Positions 14,677 to 29,845 are shown, counted from the stretch's first letter. The stretch is DNA of 64,000 nt from Eledone cirrhosa (GCA_964016885.1 OZ024745.1:133300001-133364000); one strand, 5' to 3'. Notes: generated from the letters alone by a model not told the origin. Numbers and translations: made by a program.

Positions 14677-14865
14677 GGAGAGAGAAAAGTGTAATAAATA
14701 ACTAAGTATTACATATGATTGAACAATATATATTGTAGTCAGCATATGTAGACTATTAAAATAGACACAGAAACATAGGTTAAAGCAAATAAATTCATAA
14801 TCTCTTCACGCCGACGTTTTATTTTTCTTGGTGCAATACTTACTTATATAAATATATATAAATAC

Positions 14866-14897
<32 letters not shown>

Positions 14898-15299
14898 GTG
14901 CGTGCGTGTGCGTGTGTGTGTGCGTGTGTGTGTGTATGGGTGTATGTGTGCGTATGTTTATTCAAAATAGGGAATACACGACAAAGACAACGGAAGGCAC
15001 AAAGAAAATAACGGAAAGACGGAAAGTCCCATCTGCTCAGTCAATCTGTGGAAATCACTACAATTTTGGTAAATTAAGGTTGAACCATTCATTCCAGTAC
15101 ACATTGAGACACAACAATCGGGTAGAGATAAGTTATGTATTTAGGCAAATTACACAAATATGGAGTCTACAGGGGCTTAGTTAAAGGAGAAAACTATAGA
15201 AAGGAGACAAATAGTAAAACAAAAGTGAATAGGACGGTTGTCCAACATGCTGACAAAGAGGGACACTGAGGTGTAGAATATGTAAGAAGGGAGAATATA

Positions 15300-15749
15300 A
15301 AGACCTGAAGATCTACCTCTTCGTTGCTGTAGGGGAGTCTGTATTTCTGTAGAGGAGTTTGTTCTGAGACTTGGACACTGACCAAGAAACTCACTCAGAT
15401 GGTGGATGGGTGCTACACGAGAATGCTGAGGATGGCTCTGAACATTACTCAGTATACACTGAGGATGAAGAACTCAGAGCTGTATGGAAGGCTGCCACAA
15501 GTCAACTCAAATGTGACACAGAGGAGACTGAGGTTAGCTGGACATCGAGAGTTGACATTGCACTCAATGCTCCTGTGGGAGCCCTTGCATGGACAAACTG
15601 GAAAAGGAAGACCGAGGTTAACATATGTTGATGCCCGGACATGTTAAGGACAGACACTCGACTCTTGGAGATACAGGAGATGGCAGCGATAATGAGGGAC
15701 AGAGACCGGTGGAGAGAACTTGTCCATGGATCTCTGGGAATGTTAGCCT

Positions 15750-15753
<4 letters not shown>
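15300..15753 (+). mobile_element. decayed copy of the RTE LINE at 8947-9820
   Basis: MVDGCYTRMLRMALNI...RRLRLAGH...DRDRWRELV with frameshifts; ends in (TA)n. Confidence 0.9.
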
Positions 15754-15845
<92 letters not shown>

Positions 15846-16479
15846 ATATTTATATTTATATACGTTTGATATAACTATAAATATGTAGGGTAGTATTAAG
15901 TAGAGAAGGTAGAGACCAATGTTCTAAATGACTAGGATTCTAGTTACACGTTTTCGACATTCATTATGCTCAGATGATACCAGACTTCCCTCTGGAAGAA
16001 ACAATTGTCAGCTAATAAATGTTCTAAACTAAAATTTGATCGTTTTAACACTTTGTATATATATACAAGTGCGTGTATGTATATGTGTCTGTTTGTGTAT
16101 ACGTATGTGTGTCATATAATTTACTCCACCATATTCTGTCCCCACAGACACACCAAGTACGACTACGTAGTTCTCACAGTAAACACATTCAAAGAACGGT
16201 GCTGCTAAGGCACTTACTCCTAAGTATAGGAGAAGACATGCAGCCTAAAATAAAAGGTTGTCTCTACTATTCCACTATTCATTGAATACTTCTTACCAAA
16301 TTATGAAAAAGCGGTGTCTGACATAACTATACTTTACTCCGTCTCTGCAGAAAACACTTGACACCACATCTCCGATGGATGACTTGCATAACGTCGAGTG
16401 GTTTGTGGGTTTATTACATCATGTTTTACCAACCAGAACTGCAAGTTCTGCCCACTGGTAATCAAACTAACTTAAATGG

Positions 16480-16524
<45 letters not shown>

Positions 16525-16568
16525 ATATATATATATATAATCACACACACACACACACATACACACAC

Positions 16569-16625
<57 letters not shown>

Positions 16626-16773
16626 ATAAGTTGGCGGGATTAGCATAAGGTTTCCCTACAGGTACTGGTTGCATCTCAACGTACTCAATATGAAAGGTTA
16701 TGTAAAAATCCCAGAATAGACACAATGTTAATTTCCTCAATACAACACACGTAAATGGGTACCATAAATTTAT

Positions 16774-16879
16774 ACCCGTACTCGAGTTTCGGCCACACTT
16801 AATGCAGAAAGAGAGCATCTACTGTCTGCATTTATTATGCAATAATGCACAATCGGCACATGTGAATACATCAGCGGAT
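16774..16879 (-). ncRNA. degenerate hammerhead-like motif
   Basis: Minus strand atccg-CTGATGT...ggcc-GAAA-CTCGAG-TA-cgggt; helix II base is imperfect. Confidence 0.45.
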
Positions 16880-16954
16880 CTCGCCTAATCAATAACGAAT
16901 CGATCGATAGAATTTGATTCCAAAGAGGGGGGAGGGAGACTGAGAGAGAGAAAG

Positions 16955-16998
<44 letters not shown>

Positions 16999-17194
16999 TC
17001 GTAATGATGTGGGTGTAGTAGATTTTATAAAGTCGGGATTCAATTCAATGTTAATTATACAAATTTATAGTTTGTTACATTAAAATAAAAAAATTAAAAT
17101 ACAAATAGAAATTCATATAAAATTACGGCGTCTCTTGGAACCTGTTTATGTGGTGTGATGGTATTACTTAGTCATATATATATATATATATGTA

Positions 17195-19665
17195 GATAAA
17201 TCTACCAAAATATACGGTAGTGTCCAATCTGTATGAAGAACTCAATGTAATCCAAATATCATGACATTTTTTCGATGAAAATCACAAGAAAACAGAGTCA
17301 AGATAAATTAATAAAAACAATGAATAAAAACAAAGAAACAGTTCCTTATATTAAAAAATTCATCATTTTACGATCGTTTCTAGGATATATATGTGTGTGT
17401 TGGTATGTATATCATATAGATCTATGTAAAAATTTTACAAACTATCAGAGGGAATATACATACCTACACATGGTGACTTCAGAAACAATGATATTTGTTT
17501 ATTGAAAAAAAACAACAAAGATTTAATATAATAGGTCTGTTTGGAAACAGGTTTTGAATTGACCAATAGAAAAGTAGTAAGTGGTCAAGTTGATAGAATA
17601 GTAGTAGCAGAAATTTAATTTAGGGGTAGAGGAATGCAGACTTCAGTTTTGAATGGAAAGAATACTTTGAATGAAAAGATTACTTTGGGGATGAAAAGAG
17701 GTCAAGCCGGTGAAAAGTACACGAAAATTTGATGTTATTAAAGAATAATGCTAATGTTAAAATCGAAGGAGAATAAAATTTTAGGATAAATGTGTTAGTG
17801 AGAAATACTAATCTTATTTAAAACATAAGGAATTTAGATCTATAAAGGGACATTAAATTAATTTAATTGATAGGTATACTTATAGGGATACATTTATATT
17901 AATTCATATAGATGTGATAAATCAGAGTTAGATGTTATTAAAGAATGTTGTTAAAAACGAAGGAAAAGAAATTTGGGGGGGATAAATGTATCAGTGAGAA
18001 ATAACAAACTTATATAGACTACAAGGAATTTAGATTCATAACAGGAAATTAAAATAGTCTATATGTATACTTATAGGTATTAATTTTACGAAAAGATAGC
18101 TGTAAAAGGGAAATAAAATTATGAAGTTCTCAGTAGTAAAATACTAATTATAGGTTAACTAAATTTAAAAAAAATAATTATAATAATTTGCAAAATATAA
18201 GTGCATATTAATTAGGTTTATAATATTTGAAAGTTCTTCTAATTCTATGATTGCACGATATAATTAATTCTTGTCGCTTATTTAATAGGATATCCTTAGA
18301 TTTCATTATTTCAAAAAGTTCCTGGGAACATAATCTACACTCATATCTGTTATTTTGATAAGGGGTGGCCCTTTTGAGCACACTCCAGGTCAGGTTATAA
18401 TCGATATTATTTTTTCCATAATTATTAATTATTTCAGCCAAGTATGTTGTATTAGCAAATGCGGCATTTTTAAAACTGCGTTTGTGGGTATTAAATCTTA
18501 CTTTAAATTGGTTAGAAGTAGCTCCTATATATGAATAAGTTGAGTCCTTAGTGCTAATTTTACATTTATATGCTATGTTATTAATAAGGCAATTTTATTT
18601 TAATGGGCAATTTGCTTTGTTTCTACAGTTACAACCATTCGTGAATATTATATCAGGGGACTTAGTCAAATTAGGTGTGGAATTTACTCGACTTGTTGTA
18701 TGTAAAGGAGATGGTGGTTTGCTGCGGTTTATTTTAGTATGATGTGTTGGTGGTATATTCATGGTTTCTTTTACATTTATATGCATTGTGGGCACTTATA
18801 TTGTGTTGTATATTTTTGGTAGTGGAGTAGGAGAATTTGACCGTTGATCTATTTAAAATTTGATGGTGTTTATGGTTTGGAGGGAAGTTTTTCTCTAGCA
18901 TAGTAAAACATTTTTTAGGGATATTATCTTTAATTTGTAGATTAAATGGAGCATTATACCAAGTCTATTACGGTTTCGATGTTGTTTTTTTATTTTTATA
19001 CGATGTATCCTGATGTTTACTAAGAGAGTTAGTATTAGTGAATTTATTATACATATGTTTAGTTAGATTCACTGATTTAGGTGTTTTAGTCTGATTATTA
19101 GGAATTTTGTTAGTAATGTTATTAACATATATTGGAGTATTAGGATGAATGGTTTTTTGAAAGTTATTATATTGTATGTGAGAAGAGGTAGAGAAATTAA
19201 GTTTTAAGTTGGTATTTTGGGGTATAGTGTGAGTGGCATTTAGGTGTGTATTTTTCATTTGGTGTTTGTTGGTAATATTGGGTTGTATGTTTGAAGTATT
19301 ATAGGTGCAAGGTATATAGACTAATTTGTTTTTGTGGCCGCTTCTAGCTAAAGCTTCGTTATAAAAGGTCGCATTTTTATCGAATACATCCTGGTTAGAT
19401 GAAAGGTTAGAAATTCTGAGTGAGATATTATATGCTAGGTTTTTAAGGATAGATCTAGGGTGATTGGATTGTGAGTGTATGTAATGTAAGTTTTGGTTAT
19501 GTTTATGGTAAGGTTGGTAGATACCCGTAGATAAGTCTAAAGTTGTATCAAGGAAATTAACTACTTTACTGGAGTTTTCAAATGTAATAGTGACACTATA
19601 ATATTATTTGAGGAAAGTTCTAATAAGTTTTTTATTTTTTTCAATTTCTGATAGGCTAAGGTTAT
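17195..19665 (-). mobile_element. decayed PLE (Naiad-like): RT C-terminus, low-complexity linker, GIY-YIG, long 3' UTR
   Basis: NFLDTTLDL, YIHSQSNHP, WYNAPF, CNCRNKANCPL, YIGATSN.FK.R, WSVLKRA.PY..CRLC..E, LLNKRQE..CNH; stops and frameshifts; GAAA-CGATCG-TA at 17369-17380. The 3' boundary is approximate. Confidence 0.85.
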
Positions 19666-21824
19666 GTTTATATATATATATAAGCACATCTATTTACTCA
19701 TAAGCACATTAATTTCACTCATATACATAGGCTCATTTTTTGTCACTTTCTCTCAATATCTCTTTATTTCTCTCTCTTACACTCTACAGGATAGAAGCGG
19801 CCACAAAAACAAATTAGTCTATATACCTTGCACCTATAATACTTCAAACATACATTTCCGAAATCTCTATTTCTCAAAGAGAAGATAAATATATACAAAA
19901 TTTACGAAGGACATTTTGATGGCTTCACTAAAGAATCAGTCTTCGGGTAGAATTTTCAGATATTGTTTGAATAACTGTAACTCCCCCCTACCAAACACTA
20001 CCACCATAGTACGTCTTACTATCAGCGCCATCTATAGTTGATTGCTATAAAAACAATAGGTGAGAATATTCGCTAAATGCCACTGAGGCCAATATACTTG
20101 GACATAAGAGCGTGTTAAAAACCGATTCCAGATTTTTTTGGATTGCGGGTGAGAGGGTTGACCTCTATGGCAAACAGGCACGGTTTACCTATTTTGTCAG
20201 ATTAGAAGATCTATTTAGTAGCCAGGTATTCGATGCGCCAAAATAATGAAAAATTGAAATTTGATATGAATGAGTTCAAACCATAACAAGAGTCTATTAC
20301 TAAACATATTTCCGCATCACTCGTATGCAGGGGATGTAATTTCATACTTACTTGGAGAATGAAACGTTACTTCGTTCTGGCAGCTCATTGCGCTACTAAA
20401 AGAATTTCAAGAAATTAGCTTTAACGCAAAATAGATTTTTGAAACTCAGAGTAAAAGTTGAAATTTGTTACATCTAGGATATCACGTACGGATGAATTCC
20501 GTTTTTATTTGACAGCATCCAGAAAACATAGTTTTCCCAACCGCTTCTGATTCGTGGATAGATTTTTCTAAATTTAGAGAAAAATTATTTAGAATTTTGT
20601 CCATTATAATCTACAGAAATATAATACGGAAGCTAAATAGAATGGTCAATTATATGATTTTACTTACGCTAGACAGATAGTGTGTAACAAAAGACACAGC
20701 AGAAACAATTCTGGACTAACTGAAATATACTTATATCGAGAGAGAAAATGATTAAATGGTGGCAGTTATTTGCAACACCCAAAGAAAATGTTTCGTTATA
20801 TTCCACTCTTTCTCTCTCTGTCATGTTCCAAACTTACGTTTCTGGAGCAGTTAAATGTATTAAATTAGCCAGGACAAGGTACAACATGTGTTATGTAATA
20901 CAAACAAGTCATATTCTAACTGGGAATATAATTCCTTCTTATTCAGAATCTCTAAATCCATCAATGTTTCGATTATGGTTAAATGAGAACGAATATTCAT
21001 AGTCACTAAGAGCAAATATATTTTCTAGAGTGAACCGGACAACATTGTATAAAACTACATTAAGAGATATTGTAAAGCATTAGTAAAAACATTAGCATTA
21101 GTTTCCAACTTGAAAATTGGTACCAATGTATTTTTCCTGATAGTGTTCATTATTTTGACTGAACAAAACAAGATAAATGAGGTTAAATAGCTAGGAAACA
21201 TTACACATTCTTGACACCCATTTGTGTAGAACAAACATGTTACATAAACAAAGTTGAACAAAGAAGTACACAGTGGAAGCTGTAATTGAAAAAAATATAT
21301 AAAGAATGATAAAGTCATCAGAATTTTGCGGATAAAGTAATTTATTTGCTAAATTGAAAGTCAGCATTGTATAGAAAGGCACAATAATAACTACAGGAGG
21401 AGAGAGCGAAGCATTGTACAACAAAGAATAGCAAATGAAGTAAAATATCAGTTCCATTTACTAACTAATAGATAGAGCTCTGGGCAAAGTAATTTTCGAC
21501 GATGATATGTAGCCTACTCCGAAAAGTTTAAATGAAATCTATTGTAGGATGCAATGTTGAAAGTAACGATTGTCAATAGAATTTTTATAATGTAATAAAA
21601 TTTTAGTTATAAACAAGATGCTAATATCTGCTATACATACTCAGGTGCAATATAATGCATGACTTTCTGTGGAAGCAATTTAATATGTTGTAAGTATTAT
21701 TTATAAAATGGAAGATATTCGTCATATCTAAATCATCGCACGTACTTTTTAATAATACGGATTAGCTACTAAACAATATTTTACACTTTAGCTACAGACG
21801 CCACTAAAAATGCCAGTCAGGATA

Positions 21825-22306
<482 letters not shown>

Positions 22307-22414
22307 GACAGATATGTGTATGTATATATATATATATATGTGTATATATATATATATACATACATATATATATTCAAAATATTAATAAAAATAGACATTC
22401 GTGTGATCAAGTAT

Positions 22415-22479
22415 ATTTTATTATACATATTTCAGAGGTACTGAGCTCTCTTCAACAGTACGTCCTCATCAGATAAAAT
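22415..22479 (-). ncRNA. minimal type I hammerhead ribozyme (canonical core)
   Basis: Minus strand attttat-CTGATGA-ggacgtactg(12 nt)cagtacctct-GAAA-tatgta-TA-ataaaat; perfect 7-bp helix I. Confidence 0.8.
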
Positions 22480-22676
22480 AAGATGATGCATGTCATACCC
22501 TGACTTAGTAGATAGTTAAGTTTCAGTCATGGGAGAAAAAAATCATTCTTTAATTTATTCATTGAACCTTGTTTAACCTTTAAATATATATACATATATA
22601 TATATACATATGTATATATAGAGAGTGATAGATAGACAGATATGTGTATGTATATATGTGTGTATATATGTGTATA

Positions 22677-22788
<112 letters not shown>

Positions 22789-22827
22789 TGTGTCTGCGTG
22801 CGCATCTGAGTGAACGGACATGTGAGA

Positions 22828-22934
22828 CTGTGTGTTTGTGTGTACACGTGTGTGTGTGTGTGTGTGTGTGCGTGTGTCTGTGTGTATGTTTGTGTGGGGG
22901 TGGGGGTGAGTGTGCGTGTGTATGTGTGTGTGTG

Positions 22935-23017
<83 letters not shown>

Positions 23018-23056
23018 TGTGTGTGTCTGTGTGTGTGTGTGTCTGTGTGTGTGTGT

Positions 23057-23096
<40 letters not shown>

Positions 23097-23103
23097 GTGT
23101 GTA
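22828..23103. repeat. long (GT)n microsatellite, following a long (TA)n tract
   Basis: Direct reading. Confidence 0.95.
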
Positions 23104-23646
23104 TGACATGCCTGTCTAGCAACACATATAAAATGTCGAGTGGACAGTCTGAAAACCTTTCACATACAATTTCTCAATTCTTGTTCGGTTATTAATATCT
23201 ACAAAAGATTACCATTATCATCTCTATTTTTAATTAGTCAGTTTTTGATTGATCTTATCAATGATCATGCTGTGATAACGTACAATAGAGACCAATCGCA
23301 GTCTCTATAGGTTCTGGTAATAGTCTCGATCCCCGTCGTCTTCGTAGCAGGTGCTTATCTTTAGTCCCTTTGCTAGCATTCTGTAAGAGTTTCTTTTTAT
23401 TTCTCATCCAACGTATTTATTGCTAAGATGGCCGTGTGTGGGTTGAGGGAGATTTGAACATGTGGTAGAACGTCAAAATTATGATCTCCGATTGTGTTTC
23501 TCGGAGAGGAAATAAGATTTTTTGTTGCTAATCAATGTCATAGTTTATCTTAAAATGGGAGAGCTTTGCTTGCTTGGAATGCAGCTTTGGTTTCGAATAT
23601 TGGGCAAATTATGGGTGTGTGTTCTGAACCATTAATAAATATATAA

Positions 23647-23800
23647 GGGCGGTGAATTGGCAGTATCAGTAAAGGGTCGGACGCCATGATTTACAGCCGA
23701 GAGTTACGGCCCTTTATGGTCTGAGTTCAAATCCCGCCGAGGTTAACTTTGCCTTTCATCCTTCCGGTGTCGCTAAAATAAGGTACCAGTAATACACTGG
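23647..23800 (+). mobile_element. tRNA-derived SINE
   Basis: A-box-like tggcagtatcagt, B-box gagttcaaatccc, conserved core aactttgcctttcatcctt..gtcg.taaaataa.gtaccagta; many copies in the window. Confidence 0.88.
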
Positions 23801-24100
23801 AATAATTACTAAAAGTGGAAACAATTAATACATATATAAAACAGGACTTGTAAATGGAGATGTTGGCATGGGATAACATCAAAATTATGAAAGTAAATTG
23901 TTCTTGGAAAGTAAGGTAAAGTTAACATGGATAGAAAAGCCTTCGATTGAGATTTGAATCCCAGGGTATGACTTTACAGTGTTTACACTAATCTACAATG
24001 TGTTTACCTCGTGACTCCTAATGTATTAGGAGGATCTTATATATATATATACATGTGTGCGTGTGTGGGTGGGTGTGGGTGTGTGTGGGTGTATATGTGT

Positions 24101-24148
<48 letters not shown>

Positions 24149-24639
24149 ATGTAACTTGTGGTTACTAGTGGCGACGCTGGTTGACGCACTGAATACTGTT
24201 ACCAGGTCCGTCTCCCGTTAGGTTGTGCTTCAGGTTAACGCGGCTGTAGTTTCAGAGTGTATATAATGTGACAATAAGAATTGCAGCTTTTTGTAAACTT
24301 TATTTCATATTACAATTGTTTCTATATCGATCAGCTCGGCTTTGATCAAGCGATCGGATCCCGACCTTTAATCGACAATTCTTCAAACATGAGGGTTTAC
24401 ATAGGTGGTCCCATCCAAACATGAGCAAGAACAGAGTTTTAGAAGAATGCAGATCAGTAAATAAGGAGGGAACTTTAATTGAATATATCACAGATTAACA
24501 GCGCCATAGCTGCATGGTTTAACTCAATCCCAATAATGCGCTAGAGCTAGGTTAACACAACCACAAGGGTATGGTCCGAACGTGGAAGAGCAAAACTCCC
24601 ACTGTCATCGCCTCCATCCCCCCCCCCTCCCATATCTCC

Positions 24640-25378
24640 GTATGATGAGCAAATGGCGTCCCACGCACTGGCCTCCCCAAAGTCCCAGCGTGCAGAATGG
24701 AGAAGGTGTTTACCCGGAGGATGGTAAGCGATATGCGCTGGAAGAGCCATTCCAACTCGCGAGGCTCCCACCTGTGGCTGGCCAGCTCAGCGCCTATGGT
24801 GGTGAATAGGGAGGTAGCCCTAGGGCCAAGGACAACAGTAGTCTCCACTGCCAAGGGCACGACCTGTCGGAGAGTGACCGGTACTTGGAGAGTTTGGCCT
24901 ACTCAGTCTGACGTGCAGAAGAACCTGGGTTAGTCGCAGACATCACCAGGTTGCGTCTGGAAAAAGTGTCGCTGCAAGTGGCATCCCAGACGAGGGGTTT
25001 GCCACCGCGGAACGGGAAGATGATCATACTGTCTGACATTTGCCGTCCCCTCTGTCCAGCTCCACTGGCTCGAGCTGGGAGGGGTAGCCTGCAGCATCCA
25101 AGCCATGCATTATAACCTCGTTGAGGGCAACAAGGCGTGGAAGGCGGACGGCACTGTGGCGACGAAAAAGTGGGTGGAGGCCGAAAGATTCCACGGTAGA
25201 TCCATAGCAACATTTAAGTGGCTCGCAGATCCAGAGGCCAAGCCTGAAGGAAACGCAGATGCACAGGATATCGTTGTCTATATGCGTGCCTGTAGAGAAG
25301 GGGGGCAAGGAGGGTTTAGAGGCCGCGCAAAAACAGGCAAGGCGGTTGTGGTAGAACTGGCGCGTGAGCGTCTCTGAG
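24640..25378 (-). mobile_element. CRE-like non-LTR retrotransposon 3' part (RLE endonuclease), decayed
   Basis: IDND..FRLGL.ICEP, LNEVI, LEP.ELDRGDGK, GKPLVWDATCSDT, PLAVET..LGP, LFQRISL.ILR.N. Confidence 0.85.
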
Positions 25379-25380
25379 GC

Positions 25381-25485
25381 CAGGTTGCACAGGATGGCAT
25401 CAAATACTGAGAGGGTCTCGGGGACAGACTCATCAAATACACCCTCCAGCAGGTCCTGTCAGAAGCAACTGTCTCCAACAGATGC
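25381..25485 (-). mobile_element. RTE LINE 3' fragment
   Basis: [13 protein letters not shown]; similar to 38095-38170. Confidence 0.55.
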
Positions 25486-25527
25486 GTATGTATATATATA
25501 TATATGTCCCCAATGATATGTAATTTA

Positions 25528-25623
<96 letters not shown>

Positions 25624-25825
25624 AATATAAATTAGCGAGAATCGTATTTCAGCTCAGGAATTAATGAAAAACAACTTCCGGGATGTGTGGCAAGCGCTCG
25701 ATGGTTCAGATAAACCAGAGCTACAACATACGTTAAGGGCCAAACACACTGAGACGATGGTTAAACACACATCCGCACAGCCAAAGAAACGACCAAGTAA
25801 TTCGGGTCAAACAATAAAAATATAT

Positions 25826-25878
<53 letters not shown>

Positions 25879-25881
<3 letters not shown>

Positions 25882-26141
25882 AACAAGTATGACCCCGACG
25901 GCAGAGCTCAAGCCGTTTAGACGGCTATTTCTGGTCTCAGGGGTCCAGAAATAAGATTTTTTGTTTTAATCAATGTCATAGTTTTCTTAAAATAGGAGAG
26001 CTTTGCCAGAAATAGCCGTCGAAACGCCTTGAGCTCTGCCGTCGGGGTCATACTTTGTCCTATTACCCACTCTACTACCCTAAGTGTTGAGTACTTTGGT
26101 GCGTTATGGTCCATCTGGTTCCTTACCACAATGATTTCGTT
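25879..26141 (+). mobile_element. hairpin + tail element, family A, with an insert in the loop
   Basis: Same arms and tail as 8589-8780; extra sequence of about 60 nt at the centre. Confidence 0.88.
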
Positions 26142-26216
26142 ATATATATATATATATATATATATATGAGCCTCGATAAATCTACATAATTATATACTTC
26201 GGTCTAGCATTTATAC

Positions 26217-26499
26217 AGGGTGTCCCAGAATACACTGGACAATTTCAACATATAGTAACAATTTAATCAATTGTAAAAGTAGGTGAATATAATATATTTT
26301 TATATGGTCTAGTTACTTTTAGGAAACGCTTAAGTTCTTCATTTGGAAAGGCGCAGATTTCAGCTGACTTTTTGCGAAATAGTGAATGCACAAAACATAT
26401 AGGGTTCGATTTACTGTAAAGAGTGTAGAAAACTTTACTATGTTCCTAATTGTATTTTATACGGTATTATAAAATATTAACATTCATAGCGAAACCCTG
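26217..26499. mobile_element. Tc1/mariner-type non-autonomous element (degenerate)
   Basis: ta-CAGGGTGTCCC left end; aaACCCTG right end. Confidence 0.5.
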
Positions 26500-26869
26500 T
26501 TACGATACCAATGTTTCAACACCTGTCTGTTTATCTATACTTCAGAAGGAAGGTGAGAGTGGAGACACATGTGTTACACCTCAGTAAATTCGTTGAAAGA
26601 TGGGTGAATGTGGCGAAAATGGCCCGAGTGAAAGGGTCTTCTCCCTATATAAACCTGTTTGGTGAGGGAGACAAACCCAGTGAATACGGGAACACCTACA
26701 AAACGTGGTCCTGGTGCTGATGGTGGTTCTATCATTGTGGATTTCGATTGTTATTATATTTCATATATAGTTTATTGTTATTTATTAGTGTTAAACCTTA
26801 TACGATTTTTATATAAAACGCCCGCCGTCACGTCTTGTTATATGCTATTGCTTGTACGCCCCTGTGGCA
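26498..26869 (+). mobile_element. possible solo LTR
   Basis: Begins TGTTACG, internal TATATAAA, ends CA; no partner LTR or TSD confirmed. Confidence 0.3.
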
Positions 26870-27075
26870 AATAAAGAAAGATATTTATGTATCTATCTAT
26901 CTATCTATCCATATATCTATATATGTGTATCTATCTTTCAACTCATCTCTCTACCAGTCTATCTCTCTCTCTCCTTATATAAACATATGCGTGTGTGTGT
27001 CTCTGTGTATTCGTGCTCGTATGTACATATTTATTTACGTATCTTTTCATTTTACACAACTTCGACAAACATATA

Positions 27076-27138
<63 letters not shown>

Positions 27139-27225
27139 CGTTTAGACACTTATCATTGGGTGTGTTTGGGGGATATTTTTATGTTTTAGTGTTATAGAAG
27201 TCAAATATATGTATAAATGAGTATA

Positions 27226-27304
<79 letters not shown>

Positions 27305-27313
27305 GTGTGTGTG

Positions 27314-27420
<107 letters not shown>

Positions 27421-27432
27421 CTACACACACAG

Positions 27433-27476
<44 letters not shown>

Positions 27477-27859
27477 CTCTTGCGTACGTACATACATACA
27501 TTCATAAAAACACACGCATACATACACCCATACATATATGGAATGAATGACCTTATGCTTCAAAATTGACAGAAACTGTCTTTGAAGCATGTATGATTGC
27601 TTCGCTTCTATTTTCTTTTGGCAAATTATTGCAACACATCTCTCCATTTAGCCGCCATCTCATTCTACTTCCTTGCCCTTTCATCTTCTTCACCAATGAT
27701 TTTCTTATTATTGTATATATATATATATTTGTTTGTAAATATATATAGATAATATGTGTGTGTTTGTGTGTGTCAATATATAGATGTATTTATTTTTATA
27801 TAGGGATATATAGAAGTACACATACATACACAGATACATACAAACACACATACGCACAC

Positions 27860-27905
<46 letters not shown>

Positions 27906-27961
27906 GTATATATATATATATATTTATATTTATACATACATTTATGTATTTGTACAAACAA

Positions 27962-28027
<66 letters not shown>

Positions 28028-29766
28028 GCATGTATGTATATGTGTGTGTGTGTATGTCAGTTTGAGTGTAGTATATATAAAAACATATATGACTATTTCT
28101 GTGGTTTGTTTACTTTGTGTACACTCTACATATGAGGGCGTCACTTCTATTGTTGCCTGACATTTAACGCATTGCTTCAGCTGCTAGAAATTTCCTTTCT
28201 AAAAGAGATTCCTCTATTGGTAGTTAGGCTATTAATGTTTCTTTACTTATTTGTTGTACACATTATATTGTTGCTCTGTGTAGTACAAGCAGCTATAAAG
28301 CTATATCCTGCGCCATAAAGTTATCAGCTAAAAGTAGCCTACGGTGATTACAAAATAAAAGCTATTTATAAGGAAAAAGTCACAACTAAATATAAGGGGA
28401 AAATATACAAGGAAAAATTATAAGTGAAAAAAGAAAAGATTGGAAGAAAGAAAAAGCGTAGGAAATATTCATAACAGCATTACTCCATATAGATTTCGCC
28501 TGAAACAGAAGAGTTTCTTTATTAGGGTTCACTCTACTATCATATGTGATAGTCTTTATTTTGTTGATCCGTATTTTGTTGCTAAGCTACGTACGAATTG
28601 TTTTTTTATCTTTTTCATCTGATCATATACACGGAAATACAATTGTAAATTCCCGTCTCTCTTTTTGTTTTATTTTGAAGCGGATTATTAATAACATCGT
28701 TAAATGATCATGTACGTTATTGTTTGTTAGTGAATATATTTTCCACGTCAGTTCTTTTAAAACATTAGATTGTGAGTATTTTCTTTTATTTCAATAACGT
28801 ATTTTAGTCAGTTTTCTAAATATCAGAAGACAAATTATTAAACAAAAATAAGAGTAAACGTATTATATAGCTGCAATGAAAACAGATTAAGCACATAATT
28901 TCTGTATTTAACTTACAGCGAAAGGAATATTGTTATAAAAACGATATAATTATGTGAAAGATTATTGCTGTATTACTTCAGGAATGCAGGTTGGAGCATA
29001 CTAAATTATGCATTTATGTGTTATGAAATATTTTTTCGCTGGTTAAAACACGAATCAATATCTTTCATAGATACAAGACTGAAGAGAAGGAAAATTCTGG
29101 CTGTGATTGGCTTGCTTTCTCCAAATATAACAGGGAATGTTGAGTATGTAACTCATGATGACTTTTATCTTTTATTAAAGGTTTTTTCAGTGATGTGTAG
29201 ATACAGCGGGATTCTTCGAATTATTAACAAGCAATTCAGATTACGGTTTGCCTTCTTATGGAAGCTTACATTAGAATTATGGCTTTACCTGTCCTTGGAA
29301 CATATATTGGACATTAGTCGTGTTCCATTACTAAATATCTGAATTTAGATATTTAATGTTCTAATCATTACGTATGTTCCACATACGTATCTGACTAACT
29401 ATAACTCAAATACCATCCAAGACAAATGCGATGAATCGGTATTTGTTTTAACCCTTAAGGGTAACATTTAGTATACTTATTCATCATCATATTGTTCCAA
29501 GCTCCAAGCAAAGCTGAAAGAAAAGCAGCAACGAATAACGATTTATACGAACGTTGGTTTATGTATGCCATTAATGTTATATTTTTTTTTATTGGATTGT
29601 AATTTTCCTTTCGTCCTGACCTTCGCATCTCATCTCACTATGTAGGCAAATTTACTGAATGCCGACCATTTTTATAACGTGACATTTGGTTCAATATGTA
29701 TATAGGCATTTCATATGCCTTAGACATACAGAGATGGAGATACTCCAATACCAATATCCAGTCCGC

Positions 29767-29845
29767 CTGATGAGCAAATCGATCCGAGAGTCGATCTTAT
29801 TGTAACTAATGAATCCTACAATCGGTCATTTGTGAAACACATGTA
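29767..29845 (+). ncRNA. decayed hammerhead motif with long helix II
   Basis: CTGATGA-gcaaat...atttgt-GAAA-CACATG-TA; helix I no longer pairs. Confidence 0.55.

Noticed and set aside
18595-18597. Selenocysteine read-through in the minus-strand Naiad-like element
   Set aside because: The stop is TAA and is not at a Cys position.
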